Assembly: GCA_964629815.1 (NCBI GenBank) | Contig: CAZVTA010000001.1 | Span: 189,226-253,225 of the forward strand | Length of the DNA stretch: 64,000 nucleotides | Origin: an uncultured Candidatus Saccharibacteria bacterium | Lineage (GTDB): Bacteria > Patescibacteriota > Saccharimonadia > Saccharimonadales > AWTP1-31 | Direction: 5' to 3' | In this document: positions 16,121 through 24,049 of the stretch, one piece after another | How the letters are laid out: every line of letters starts with the position of its first letter | How positions within the stretch are numbered: the first letter of the stretch is position 1 | Program-made: the position numbers and the translations under genes | The notes under the pieces: generated by a model | Database searches by the model: none | Told to the model about the DNA's origin: nothing | Seen by the model: only the letters and a program-made list of their open reading frames with translations

Positions 16121-17227
16121 TTAGATTTTGAGGTTTGGTATGTAGATACTAAAGGTAGAGCCTTTGTTGAGTTCGCTATCGAGCGAAATGCTGGCGTGGA
16201 TAAGGTTTGCGAGCTTCGCCGTAACGTACAGACCAAGTCCCGTACCGCCGGTTTCGCGCGTTCGGTAGTCTTCGCTGCGGAAGAATTTATCGAAAACTTT
16301 TTCTTGGTCGCCCTTACTGATGCCGATGCCGGTATCGCGTACGGTAAACATAATGCCCTTCAGGTGTGGTGTGGCCGAGATAGTTACGCTGCCTTCTTTG
16401 GTGTATTTAATGGCGTTAGTAATAAAGTTCTGCAAAATTTCTTTAACGTACAACTCGCTCGAGTGTAATAGTTCGAGCGACCCGTCGATTTCGCTATGCA
16501 GCTTCAAGCCTTTGCTCTCTGCTTGGGGTGAATAGTTGTCAACAATGCTCTTAATAAGGTCATGAGCGTTTATATCGCTCGTTTCTACGGTGAGTTTGCC
16601 TCGTTCGGCACGCGATAGCATAGACAGGTCGTTAATCATGCCAGACAAAAACTCCACCTGATCATACGCTTGCTTAACGGCGGATACGACATCGGCGTGT
16701 GTTTTGTGCTTTTGCATAATAAACTGTGCGTTACTGAGGTTGCCTTCTGCTATAGCAATTGGTGTGCGAAGCTCATGGCTCACCACACTAATAAATTCGT
16801 CTCGCTCTTCCTCGAGCGATTTTTCGTGTGTGATGTCGCGCAGCACAATTACGTAGCCTTGGTCGGAGTTTTTGCCATAGCCTAGGTGTACGGGGGCAAT
16901 GCTGATGTATACGTGAATACTGCTTTTGTCGCCGTATACGAGTTTGTAGTCGCGCGAAGACCACGCAGTATGAGCGCGTTTTATGAGGTCTTCGACGCTA
17001 ATGCGTCGGTTGGCTTTGTTTAGTAGGTGTAAAACTTTGGTAATGTCAGCGCCGGGTGCCATGGTATTGACATCGAGAATATTGAGCGCAGCGCCGTTAT
17101 AGACGATCACTTTTAGGTGGTTGTCTATGGCAAAAACGCCATCCGCCATGCTGTTGATGAGGCTGGTTAATCGCTCACGCTCAAGAATCGCCGCTACCGG
17201 CGACTCAGCTTTACTTGTTTTAGGCAT
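16121..17227 (-). CDS. Cytoplasmic sensor histidine kinase (PAS + HisKA + HATPase_c)
   Basis: 368 aa with H-box SHELRTPIAIAEG, N/G boxes (NAIKYT, DTGIGI, GGTGLGL) and no TM segment. No adjacent response regulator. Confidence 0.9.
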   Translation of the reverse strand: MPKTSKAESPVAAILERERLTSLINSMADGVFAIDNHLKVIVYNGAALNILDVNTMAPGADITKVLHLLNKANRRISVEDLIKRAHTAWSSRDYKLVYGDKSSIHVYISIAPVHLGYGKNSDQGYVIVLRDITHEKSLEEERDEFISVVSHELRTPIAIAEGNLSNAQFIMQKHKTHADVVSAVKQAYDQVEFLSGMINDLSMLSRAERGKLTVETSDINAHDLIKSIVDNYSPQAESKGLKLHSEIDGSLELLHSSELYVKEILQNFITNAIKYTKEGSVTISATPHLKGIMFTVRDTGIGISKGDQEKVFDKFFRSEDYRTRETGGTGLGLYVTAKLANLIHASISLDSELNKGSTFSIYIPNLKI

Positions 17228-17254
17228 ACATCCATTATGCCATAAAAGCTTATG

Positions 17255-17950
17255 TTACAAGGCTGGTTTGTACGATTTTAGGGTTTTTCGGAATTGTTTT
17301 GCACCCGGATATACTGTTTCGAACAACCCCCAGAAGTCTGCTCCATGGTGCAAATGCTTGGTGTGTGTGAGCTCATGGAGAATGACATAATCGATAAGTT
17401 CCCACGGTAGCTGCATAAGGTATAGATTAAGCGTGATTTCTTGCTTGTTATTACAGCTTCCCCAACGGGCCTTTAGCGTGCGGATAGCGACAGAGGTATA
17501 CGAGAATCCATGCGTCTGTGCAAGACGCTCAACTCGCATAGGGAGAAGTTTTTCGGCTTCTGCGCGCAAAGATTTTAAAGCGTGTTGTTTGGCTGCTTTT
17601 TGTACTGCTGGGTCGTCAAACGACATATGCGATGGTACGACCACGCGAATTTGGCTTCCAATGGTTTTAGTTTGCACTGTTTTTGCTTGGTCGCTTGCCG
17701 CGAAATATATGTGGTGCGCCTTACCAATAGCAGATCCGTTTTGTAATATCGATTGCTCGGTTCGGTGCTGCAAAATCCAGTCTCGCTTGCTTTCGGTGTA
17801 AGCAATGCCAGTGGCGTAAGGAGTCCACCAAGGAATTGTCACGCGTATCTCGCCATTGGGCAATAGCGCAATGCGTACACTGCGGGCCCGGCGGTGCTTG
17901 CGAATAGTCACCGAACCAATGTCGGGCAGCTGAACGACCTTGTCGGCCAT
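17255..17950 (-). CDS. YgjP-like (DUF45/M48 family) zinc metallopeptidase
   Basis: 231 aa with HExxH motif ILHELTHTKHLHH near the C-terminus and the typical YgjP layout. Confidence 0.8.
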   Translation of the reverse strand: MADKVVQLPDIGSVTIRKHRRARSVRIALLPNGEIRVTIPWWTPYATGIAYTESKRDWILQHRTEQSILQNGSAIGKAHHIYFAASDQAKTVQTKTIGSQIRVVVPSHMSFDDPAVQKAAKQHALKSLRAEAEKLLPMRVERLAQTHGFSYTSVAIRTLKARWGSCNNKQEITLNLYLMQLPWELIDYVILHELTHTKHLHHGADFWGLFETVYPGAKQFRKTLKSYKPAL

Positions 17951-18609
17951 TATCGAATAACTATATTTCGACGTTGATCGTCTATGCGGCCAGAGAATGG
18001 GTTCGGTACAAGGTTTACGAGCTCTGGCTTTACGACGTTGCTTGCAGTCGTAGTGGTGTTAATGGCGCCCAGCTCGTACAGTCGTTTTATAACAGCACTC
18101 TTCTGCGTATTAAAGGTATGCTTACCGCTAATTACCATGTAATCTTCTTCTTTAGGGTTCTGCATGCGTGCCATTGCCGCCTTGAAAGACTCTTTGGTGT
18201 ACACCTTGGCGTATTTGTCTTCGGCCCGGCGCCGGTCACGTTTGCCGAGTCGTATATAAGCAGATTCTGCATCTATCTGGAGCCAAATAAGCAGCGGTTG
18301 TGCCTTTGCTTTGCGGGCAATGTTTCGTAGTTCGCGGCGTTCTACCAGCCTATCGACGGGCGCATCGTAAATAACGCTGACGCCAGCGCTCAAAAATTCT
18401 TCGCTCATATAGCTAAGCAAATGGTCGACAATTCCGTTTTCTTCTTTGTCGTAACGAGGTTTTTCAAAAAGTTCGCCGCGGATCCGATCACTGCTGAGGT
18501 GAGCGGCGTGAAGCGTATGACTCAGTTCGCGTGCAAAGTGTGACTTGCCTGCGCCCGGGTAGCCGTACAGCATGATAAAGAGTGGTTTGTTTGGAGTTAC
18601 TTTACCCAT
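17950..18609 (-). CDS. P-loop kinase/ATPase (AAA_33 / zeta-toxin-like fold)
   Basis: 219 aa with Walker A LYGYPGAGKSHFA. Its stop overlaps the start of the metallopeptidase gene by 1 nt. Confidence 0.7.
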   Translation of the reverse strand: MGKVTPNKPLFIMLYGYPGAGKSHFARELSHTLHAAHLSSDRIRGELFEKPRYDKEENGIVDHLLSYMSEEFLSAGVSVIYDAPVDRLVERRELRNIARKAKAQPLLIWLQIDAESAYIRLGKRDRRRAEDKYAKVYTKESFKAAMARMQNPKEEDYMVISGKHTFNTQKSAVIKRLYELGAINTTTTASNVVKPELVNLVPNPFSGRIDDQRRNIVIR

Positions 18610-18659
18610 ACGTAGATATTATTGTATACCATTGTTCACCGATTAAGAAAAGACTCTGG

Positions 18660-18688
18660 TCGACAAGAGGTAGAAAATCTACTATTAT
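18660..18688 (+). promoter_or_regulatory. Sigma70-like promoter TCGACA-N17-TATTAT upstream of tRNA-Trp
   Basis: Motif reading. Confidence 0.45.
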
Positions 18689-18725
18689 AGAGGCTGTTTC
18701 CTGACGAAACTGCACCAAAAAATAC

Positions 18726-18800
18726 AGGGGTATAGTACATCGGCTAGTATAGCGGTCTCCAAAACCGCAGAGGTAGGTTCGACTCCTACTACCCCTGCCA
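18726..18800 (+). tRNA. trnW: tRNA-Trp (anticodon CCA), CCA-encoded
   Basis: Manual cloverleaf: acceptor AGGGGTA/TACCCCT, anticodon arm GCGGT-CTCCAAA-ACCGC, T arm GTAGG-TTCGACT-CCTAC; 75 nt. Confidence 0.9.
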
Positions 18801-18809
18801 TGATGGACA

Positions 18810-18839
18810 AACGAGCATTTTGAGCTCGTTTTTCTGTTT
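18810..18839 (+). terminator. Rho-independent terminator after tRNA-Trp
   Basis: AACGAGC-ATTTTGA-GCTCGTT followed by TTTCTGTTT. Confidence 0.8.
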
Positions 18840-18994
18840 ATTACCCCCGTTATTTCTTGTAGATTTTGCAGTTCGGTTAAGCCTATTTTGAAAAGGGCTG
18901 ATTTTTGCAATAATCGAACTTTTATAGCGGTATTGAGCCATATAGATAGATTTTTGCGATTAGTTCCATCCGAGCCGCTAATGATAAAAATATA

Positions 18995-19024
18995 TTACGC
19001 CATAATTTGCTGTAGAGGTATAAT
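18995..19024 (+). promoter_or_regulatory. Promoter TTACGC-N18-TATAAT; ATG of the SLATT-like gene lies 8 nt downstream (leaderless candidate)
   Basis: Motif reading; there is no SD between the -10 box and ATG 19033. Confidence 0.45.
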
Positions 19025-19032
19025 GTATAGTA

Positions 19033-19560
19033 ATGAAGAAGCTCAAAATCCCCGCAGACATTCCAAAAAATAAAATGCAACTCGCCAAAGAGATGCATCG
19101 TCTACACGAGAGCTGCCTATATAGCAGCCAAGGTCAGTTTGAGTTAGGAAAGCAGTGGCGATTGAATAATATTTTGCTGGGAGTACCGGCATCTATATTG
19201 GCCGCATTAGCAGGTAGTGTGGGCCTTGCTCAAGATGATAAGACGCTGCTTCCTCCGATATTAGCACTACTATCTGCTGGATTTGGGGCGGCACTAACAA
19301 CTTTAAATCCATCTAGGCGAAGTGAATTGGCGCAAATCGCAGGAAACAGTTATTTAGAGATACAAACAGCAGCAAGACAGTACATACTGGTTGACCTGAA
19401 AGATATGGATAATACCAAGGCAAGACAAAAACTAGACGAACTAACTACTAAGCGAAATAAAATCAACAAAACTGCAGACCCACCTAACAGGCTTGCTAGG
19501 TTTATGGCAAAACGCATTATTGACGGTGGCGGACAGGACTACTCAATTGACGAAAAATAA
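19033..19560 (+). CDS. SLATT-like two-transmembrane effector protein (175 aa)
   Basis: Helical N-terminal region, two adjacent hydrophobic helices (ILLGVPASILAALAGSVGLA, LLPPILALLSAGFGAALTTL), then a helical C-terminal region. Translationally coupled (TAATG) to the downstream nucleotidyltransferase. Family call is by architecture and context only. Confidence 0.6.
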   Translation: MKKLKIPADIPKNKMQLAKEMHRLHESCLYSSQGQFELGKQWRLNNILLGVPASILAALAGSVGLAQDDKTLLPPILALLSAGFGAALTTLNPSRRSELAQIAGNSYLEIQTAARQYILVDLKDMDNTKARQKLDELTTKRNKINKTADPPNRLARFMAKRIIDGGGQDYSIDEK

Positions 19561-20432
19561 TGGCTACAACTGTTGCACAAGCATTTAATGAGTTTAAAGA
19601 TAAGATTAAACTGACAAGTTCTCAAGAAGAAACGGTTAGAAATCGCCGCCAAACTGCTCATAATTATCTTGCTAGTCATTTTGACAGCACATCAACAATG
19701 CCGCTTTTACGTACTACACTTATCGGTTCCGCTCAGCGAGACACAATAATTCGTCCGTTAGACGATATAGATATACTTGCCGTATTTGAGAATAAAGAAC
19801 ATATATTTGAAACATACCGGAATGATTCCTTTGCTTTCATTAACAGGGTGAGGAACGCCCTCAACCAGTATGAAGTACAGCTTGTAGGTACTAGAGGTCA
19901 GGCTGTCAGGCTTTTTTACCAAAATCGTCCACACGTAGATATTGCACCCGTTTTTAAATGGTCAACGGGTGGATACGGGTTGCCTGATGGCAGTGGTGGC
20001 TGGATAACAACTGACCCCGATTTTCACCTTCAATGGATAAATACAAAAAACCAAGAATTGAATTACCGCTTAAACCCAATTATTAGAATGATTAAGCGAT
20101 GGAATAATACTTACGAGACAAAACTTAAGTCATTTCACTTAGAAATGATGGTAGCCAATACATTTACGAGTTTGGGTAACGATAGCCGAGAGGCACTCGA
20201 AATGTTTTTTGATTCCGCTCCATCACTAATGCGAACGATTGACCCTTCTGGTAGAGGTGGAGATTTATCTGTATACCTCACGGCGACCAACAGACAGTTA
20301 ATTACTAATAGATTTAACAGGTATAAGAATAAGTGTGCGGAAGCAAACCGTCTTGAAATCAACGGCAACCACCGAGACTCAATTGAAAAGTGGCGAGAAA
20401 TATTCGGGAATGATTTTCCGACTTACGGCTAA
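19560..20432 (+). CDS. SMODS/CD-NTase-like nucleotidyltransferase (290 aa)
   Basis: Pol-beta NTase signature: G56-S57 (LIGSAQRDT), D69-I-D71 (PLDDIDILAVF) and a third acidic residue D127 (HVDIAPVF). The N-terminal helix AQAFNEFKDKIKLT is typical of SMODS-type proteins. Confidence 0.7.
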   Translation: MATTVAQAFNEFKDKIKLTSSQEETVRNRRQTAHNYLASHFDSTSTMPLLRTTLIGSAQRDTIIRPLDDIDILAVFENKEHIFETYRNDSFAFINRVRNALNQYEVQLVGTRGQAVRLFYQNRPHVDIAPVFKWSTGGYGLPDGSGGWITTDPDFHLQWINTKNQELNYRLNPIIRMIKRWNNTYETKLKSFHLEMMVANTFTSLGNDSREALEMFFDSAPSLMRTIDPSGRGGDLSVYLTATNRQLITNRFNRYKNKCAEANRLEINGNHRDSIEKWREIFGNDFPTYG

Positions 20433-20558
20433 ATGAAAAATCATACGTCCATACTTTCAAATGTAGCAAGTCTCTTGGTGTAATCAACTACCTTCCCCAT
20501 AGTTATCATTTCAGTTTTAATGCTGTTCTGTCTCTCCATGCGCATCGCTGCAATAGCC

Positions 20559-20583
20559 AGTTCGATTCCCGTGTTTCCTGCCA
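20559..20583 (+). other. tRNA 3'-end-like fragment (possible attachment-site remnant)
   Basis: AGTTCGATTCCCGTGTTTCCTGCCA matches 16 of 25 positions of the tRNA-Trp 3' end (GGTTCGACTCCTACTACCCCTGCCA), including the T-loop core and the terminal CCTGCCA. It cannot fold as a T arm. Confidence 0.3.
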
Positions 20584-20743
20584 GTTCAATTTTCGATCAA
20601 TGTAACAGAACTCCCTTTCTACTAGTTTCGATCATCATCCACTAGCCTCGCTTTCATGCAGAGCAGTTCAGTTACTTACAATCGATAATCATCATTTGGC
20701 TGCCGACAGGTATCGTACTAGCATTTATAGTAGAGACAGGGTT

Positions 20744-20772
20744 TTGACAATTCTAGTTAAAGCTTGTACGAT
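20744..20772 (+). promoter_or_regulatory. Sigma70-like promoter TTGACA-N17-TACGAT
   Basis: Motif reading; ATG of the mini-ORF lies 6 nt downstream. Confidence 0.45.
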
Positions 20773-20778
20773 TCGTGT

Positions 20779-20823
20779 ATGAGTATGTTTTGCTTGCATA
20801 TAGTACCGCCCACGCCTCGTTGA
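20779..20823 (+). promoter_or_regulatory. Candidate leaderless leader peptide MSMFCLHIVPPTPR (Pro codons CCG CCC .. CCT)
   Basis: Own reading. Followed by GGGGC (possible antiterminator partner of the GCCCC in the terminator 5' arm), terminator 20875-20899, then the SD GAAGGA and ATG 20922 of the glutamate-5-kinase-like gene. Confidence 0.35.
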
Positions 20824-20874
20824 CCCGGGGGCTATGATAGTGCAAAAAAATAACGAATAATACGAAACAACAGA

Positions 20875-20899
20875 ACGGCCCCACGGGTCGTATTTTTTT
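20875..20899 (+). terminator. Rho-independent terminator
   Basis: ACGGCCC-CAC-GGGTCGT followed by ATTTTTTTCTGTTTG. An A-rich 5' flank (CGAAACAACAGAA) can extend the stem. Confidence 0.75.
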
Positions 20900-20921
20900 C
20901 TGTTTGTTTCGAAGGAATAGC

Positions 20922-21797
20922 ATGGAGAAAAAAGAATTAACAATTATAAAAGTAGGCACCGGTGTAATTGCTAATCGGCAAAGAACAGCGATTGATTATA
21001 CTGCCATGGCATCGATTGGGCGCGATATTGCACGTATAGAAGGCCGCGAGCGTAAAGACGAAAAAGTTTCTACATTGGACCATGAAGGTTCGGTAATTTT
21101 GGTTAGCTCTGGTGCGGTTGCTGCCGGAAAAGAAAAACTTGGCATGAACGGTTCTGATGTTTGTAATACGCGCCAAAAGCAAATGGCAGCCATGGTTGGA
21201 AATACGGCACTTTTTGGGTTGTGGGAGGCTGCAACCGGTATAGTTGTAGGCCACGACTTGCCCACTCATAATGATCTTGAGCTGCAAGAGCATTGGGACA
21301 ATATGGTTGGTGTTATTGCAACTAACTTAGAGTACGGCGTTTTGTCTGGTTTTAATGAAGGCGATGTACGCAGTACTGAAGAGCTCGAAACAAACGTGCG
21401 TGCCGCCGGCCGGCAATTTAAACGTTTCGGTGACAATGACCAGCTAGCCGCCATTATTGGCGTGCAGATTGGTGCGTTTGCAAAAAGTTTTGTAGGTCAG
21501 TCAACGCGCGTAATATTTCTGACCAATACAAATGGAGTGCTCGAAGATGTGCGGAGGCCCGATTCTCGTATAGATGAGCTACGATACAAAGATATCGATG
21601 AAATTATTGAGCAATGCTTGCACGACGAAACAGCAGATATTAGTAATGGCGGTATGCTGTCTAAATTGCTTGCTGCAAAGCAGCTGGTTGGTGCCGGCGT
21701 GTCGGTAAGTATAGGCGCGGGAAAAAATGCTTCTGGTCGCCCTTTGCTCGATTTGTATAATCGGGTAGAACATGTGGGCACACACATACTTGCATAG
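20922..21797 (+). CDS. proB: Glutamate 5-kinase-like amino-acid kinase (no PUA domain)
   Basis: IIKVGTGVI, VILVSSGAVAAGKEKLG, KQMAAMVGN..LFGLWE, FGDNDQLAA, LTNTNGV and SNGGMLSKLLAAK align with ProB motifs. ATG 20922 has SD GAAGGA. Confidence 0.7.
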   Translation: MEKKELTIIKVGTGVIANRQRTAIDYTAMASIGRDIARIEGRERKDEKVSTLDHEGSVILVSSGAVAAGKEKLGMNGSDVCNTRQKQMAAMVGNTALFGLWEAATGIVVGHDLPTHNDLELQEHWDNMVGVIATNLEYGVLSGFNEGDVRSTEELETNVRAAGRQFKRFGDNDQLAAIIGVQIGAFAKSFVGQSTRVIFLTNTNGVLEDVRRPDSRIDELRYKDIDEIIEQCLHDETADISNGGMLSKLLAAKQLVGAGVSVSIGAGKNASGRPLLDLYNRVEHVGTHILA

Positions 21798-21844
21798 TCG
21801 ACCATGACGCTTATGCTTGCTATACTCTGTATAGAAAGTTAGTA

Positions 21845-22570
21845 ATGGCCAAACAGAAAAAGTACAAATTCCGACTCAGTAGCCACCGATTGATTGTTGT
21901 CGCGGACAAAATTTTGTTAATTCGCCTGCTCCGCAGTTTGAACGGAAGGTTTTGGGGCGTATTTGGATTGTTTGTGCTGTATGTAAGCTTGGCGATTTGT
22001 TTTTCAATTCGGCCCGAGCTTCGGGTTTGGTCTACCGCATTTAGCGACTTTGGCACCGATATCAAGACAACAACTATATTTTCGTTTGGGCTGTTTGTGT
22101 GCGGGTATGGGTTGTGGCGATGGCGAAACTACTTGGTGCAGTCATCGAAAACAACAGGCCTTGTGCTAATTAGCCTAACTGCAATTATTATTGGGGCGTA
22201 TTTGGTCGCTCTTATGCCCATAAATATTAATGATCGCATAGATGACCTGCACTATTTTGGATTCTTTCTTGGCGGTGGTGGCATGATAGCTACAGTCATG
22301 GTTGATATGCTCCTAAGAAAGGTCAAAAAAGGTGGCAACCGTATGTACTGGCAGTTATTGCGCTTCGTTTCGTTACTGCTAATTGTTGCAGGTTTGGTGG
22401 TGACGCTGTTGTCGCACCAGCGCTTTGGTGGCAAGATGGATCATGCTTTGCTTGGTGAGTTGCTGGTGTTGAGTGGCTTTGGATTATGGGTGGTTATACG
22501 CACAATTCAAGGCGAAGGTGTTAAAACAAATTTTTCGAGAGTGCTTGGGAAAGTGCTCATCGTTGATTAA
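21845..22570 (+). CDS. Multi-pass membrane protein (241 aa)
   Basis: ORF-track ORF with about six hydrophobic helices. An extended -10 TGCTATACT lies upstream. No family assigned. Confidence 0.6.
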   Translation: MAKQKKYKFRLSSHRLIVVADKILLIRLLRSLNGRFWGVFGLFVLYVSLAICFSIRPELRVWSTAFSDFGTDIKTTTIFSFGLFVCGYGLWRWRNYLVQSSKTTGLVLISLTAIIIGAYLVALMPININDRIDDLHYFGFFLGGGGMIATVMVDMLLRKVKKGGNRMYWQLLRFVSLLLIVAGLVVTLLSHQRFGGKMDHALLGELLVLSGFGLWVVIRTIQGEGVKTNFSRVLGKVLIVD

Positions 22571-22579
22571 TTGTACTGG

Positions 22580-23500
22580 CTACCCAACAACAAAACGACC
22601 CATTTGAATACCAGCGGGGTTTGCAGTATACAGTTCGATGAGGCTATCCTCTGTGTCAATGAATAAACCCGCTGCCATATTTGAATTGGTGTTCTTCGGG
22701 TCAATATCGAGCATGGCACGAACCTCAGTTAGCTCCATAAGATTACTGTCTGAAACGAACGCACCTAGTTCATAGAGTGTGTAGTAATATGTCAATGCAT
22801 CCACGAGAGTGGCGGCCCGTACAGCGGGGTGTTTTGCTTGTAGATCGTGTAGCATTTCTTCTTGAACGGATACTGACCCATACGTTCCGGGGGTGTATTT
22901 GGTGGGGATAATACTAAAATGTATATATTTTGGAGTATTGTATGCAGGAAGTCGAGGATTGCGAGTTAGCGGTGTCCCAAAGGCGCGGTCGCATATTTTT
23001 GCATACACGCCGAGCTTGAGAGCAAATTCTTTAGTTGCATGAGCGATGGCGTTTAGGGGCGGTTCAATTGAGGGGGCTGCAACCAGTACAAAATTCGCGT
23101 CGGGGTTGATTGCTCGGGCGGAGTCGATTTTTTCCTGACTGAACCATGCATCAAAGGCTTGCTCTATCTCAGGACCAGTGAGTGTTCCATAGTCCTCCAT
23201 ATAAAATCTGTTGTCGTGGCGATCGGGCCGATAGGAGGCAAAGGCTTTTACAGTTTCTCGATAGCCCGTATGTGTAAAAATGAGCTGCTCACGCAATGAT
23301 TCTTTTGTAAGCGCTTCCCCGGCAATACCTAAAGTCCGATTATTGTTGTCGAGCGTGTTGGCTATGTCGATTGAGCCGGGCGTTAAAAGACCGCGTTCTA
23401 CGGCAACTGCAGCTAATTCACGCAAAGACGAAACAAGCCATTCATCTGGCTGTGTGCGTACATCGAGTGTGGTGCCTTCAGCTTCTAAGGGGATCTCCAT
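22580..23500 (-). CDS. Hypothetical protein (306 aa)
   Basis: ORF-track ORF. ATG 23500 with SD GAGGT is preferred over the track TTG at 23527. No family recognised. Confidence 0.6.
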   Translation of the reverse strand: MEIPLEAEGTTLDVRTQPDEWLVSSLRELAAVAVERGLLTPGSIDIANTLDNNNRTLGIAGEALTKESLREQLIFTHTGYRETVKAFASYRPDRHDNRFYMEDYGTLTGPEIEQAFDAWFSQEKIDSARAINPDANFVLVAAPSIEPPLNAIAHATKEFALKLGVYAKICDRAFGTPLTRNPRLPAYNTPKYIHFSIIPTKYTPGTYGSVSVQEEMLHDLQAKHPAVRAATLVDALTYYYTLYELGAFVSDSNLMELTEVRAMLDIDPKNTNSNMAAGLFIDTEDSLIELYTANPAGIQMGRFVVG

Positions 23501-23605
23501 AGTACCTCTAGAGGTACTGTATAACAAACGACAAATAATGCAAGAACTATTTCAGTGGCTCGTTGCCCTTTACAATCTATATAATGTTGCTACAATATTT
23601 TGCTA

Positions 23606-24049
23606 ATGACAACTATTGACACGTCTGTCTTGCGTCCACCATCACATCTTGACCGAATAGTCTTGGATATGGCGGAATTAGAGATTCTCGATGGAACTAT
23701 AGAGACGGCTGTTCAGGGTATTGACCCTTTGCACGATGACCCGGTCAATCTTGGTGCTCACTGGCTGTTAATGAAAGTTTGCAACGGGTGCTTAGATGAT
23801 TTTGATCGCCAAAACTTAACACTCGAGGATGGAGTAGTAAGACACCATGCGCTCGAGGAAGTAGCTTTTATGAATAGCGTACTGTGTGAGCGTGCTGCTG
23901 GACTCATCGTTGCGAATTCCTTAGATCTAATGAACCCAAGATTGAAAACATGGCAACGTATAGAACAAAAAGTAGAAGAACTTGCGAACCCTGCAAAGGT
24001 TATGGCGCTGCTTGTTTATTGTCAGCAGCTACGGGAACTGAAGGATTAA
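23606..24049 (+). CDS. Hypothetical protein (147 aa)
   Basis: ORF-track ORF; ATG 23606 is preferred over TTG 23600. No family recognised. Confidence 0.5.
   Translation: MTTIDTSVLRPPSHLDRIVLDMAELEILDGTIETAVQGIDPLHDDPVNLGAHWLLMKVCNGCLDDFDRQNLTLEDGVVRHHALEEVAFMNSVLCERAAGLIVANSLDLMNPRLKTWQRIEQKVEELANPAKVMALLVYCQQLRELKD

Noticed and set aside
18602-18910. 102-aa minus-strand ORF
   Set aside because: It runs straight through tRNA-Trp and its terminator, and its sequence is not protein-like.
20500-20583. Possible fifth tRNA gene ending in ...TTCGATTCCCGTGTTTCCTGCCA
   Set aside because: The T stem cannot pair (GCCAG versus CCCGT) and there are no acceptor, D or anticodon arms upstream. I kept it only as a possible att-site remnant.
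20725-20959. Two minus-strand ORFs (72 and 68 aa) in the gap before the proB-like gene
   Set aside because: They overlap the plus-strand promoter, mini-ORF and terminator and the start of the proB-like gene. Their products are low-complexity sequence with no start signals.
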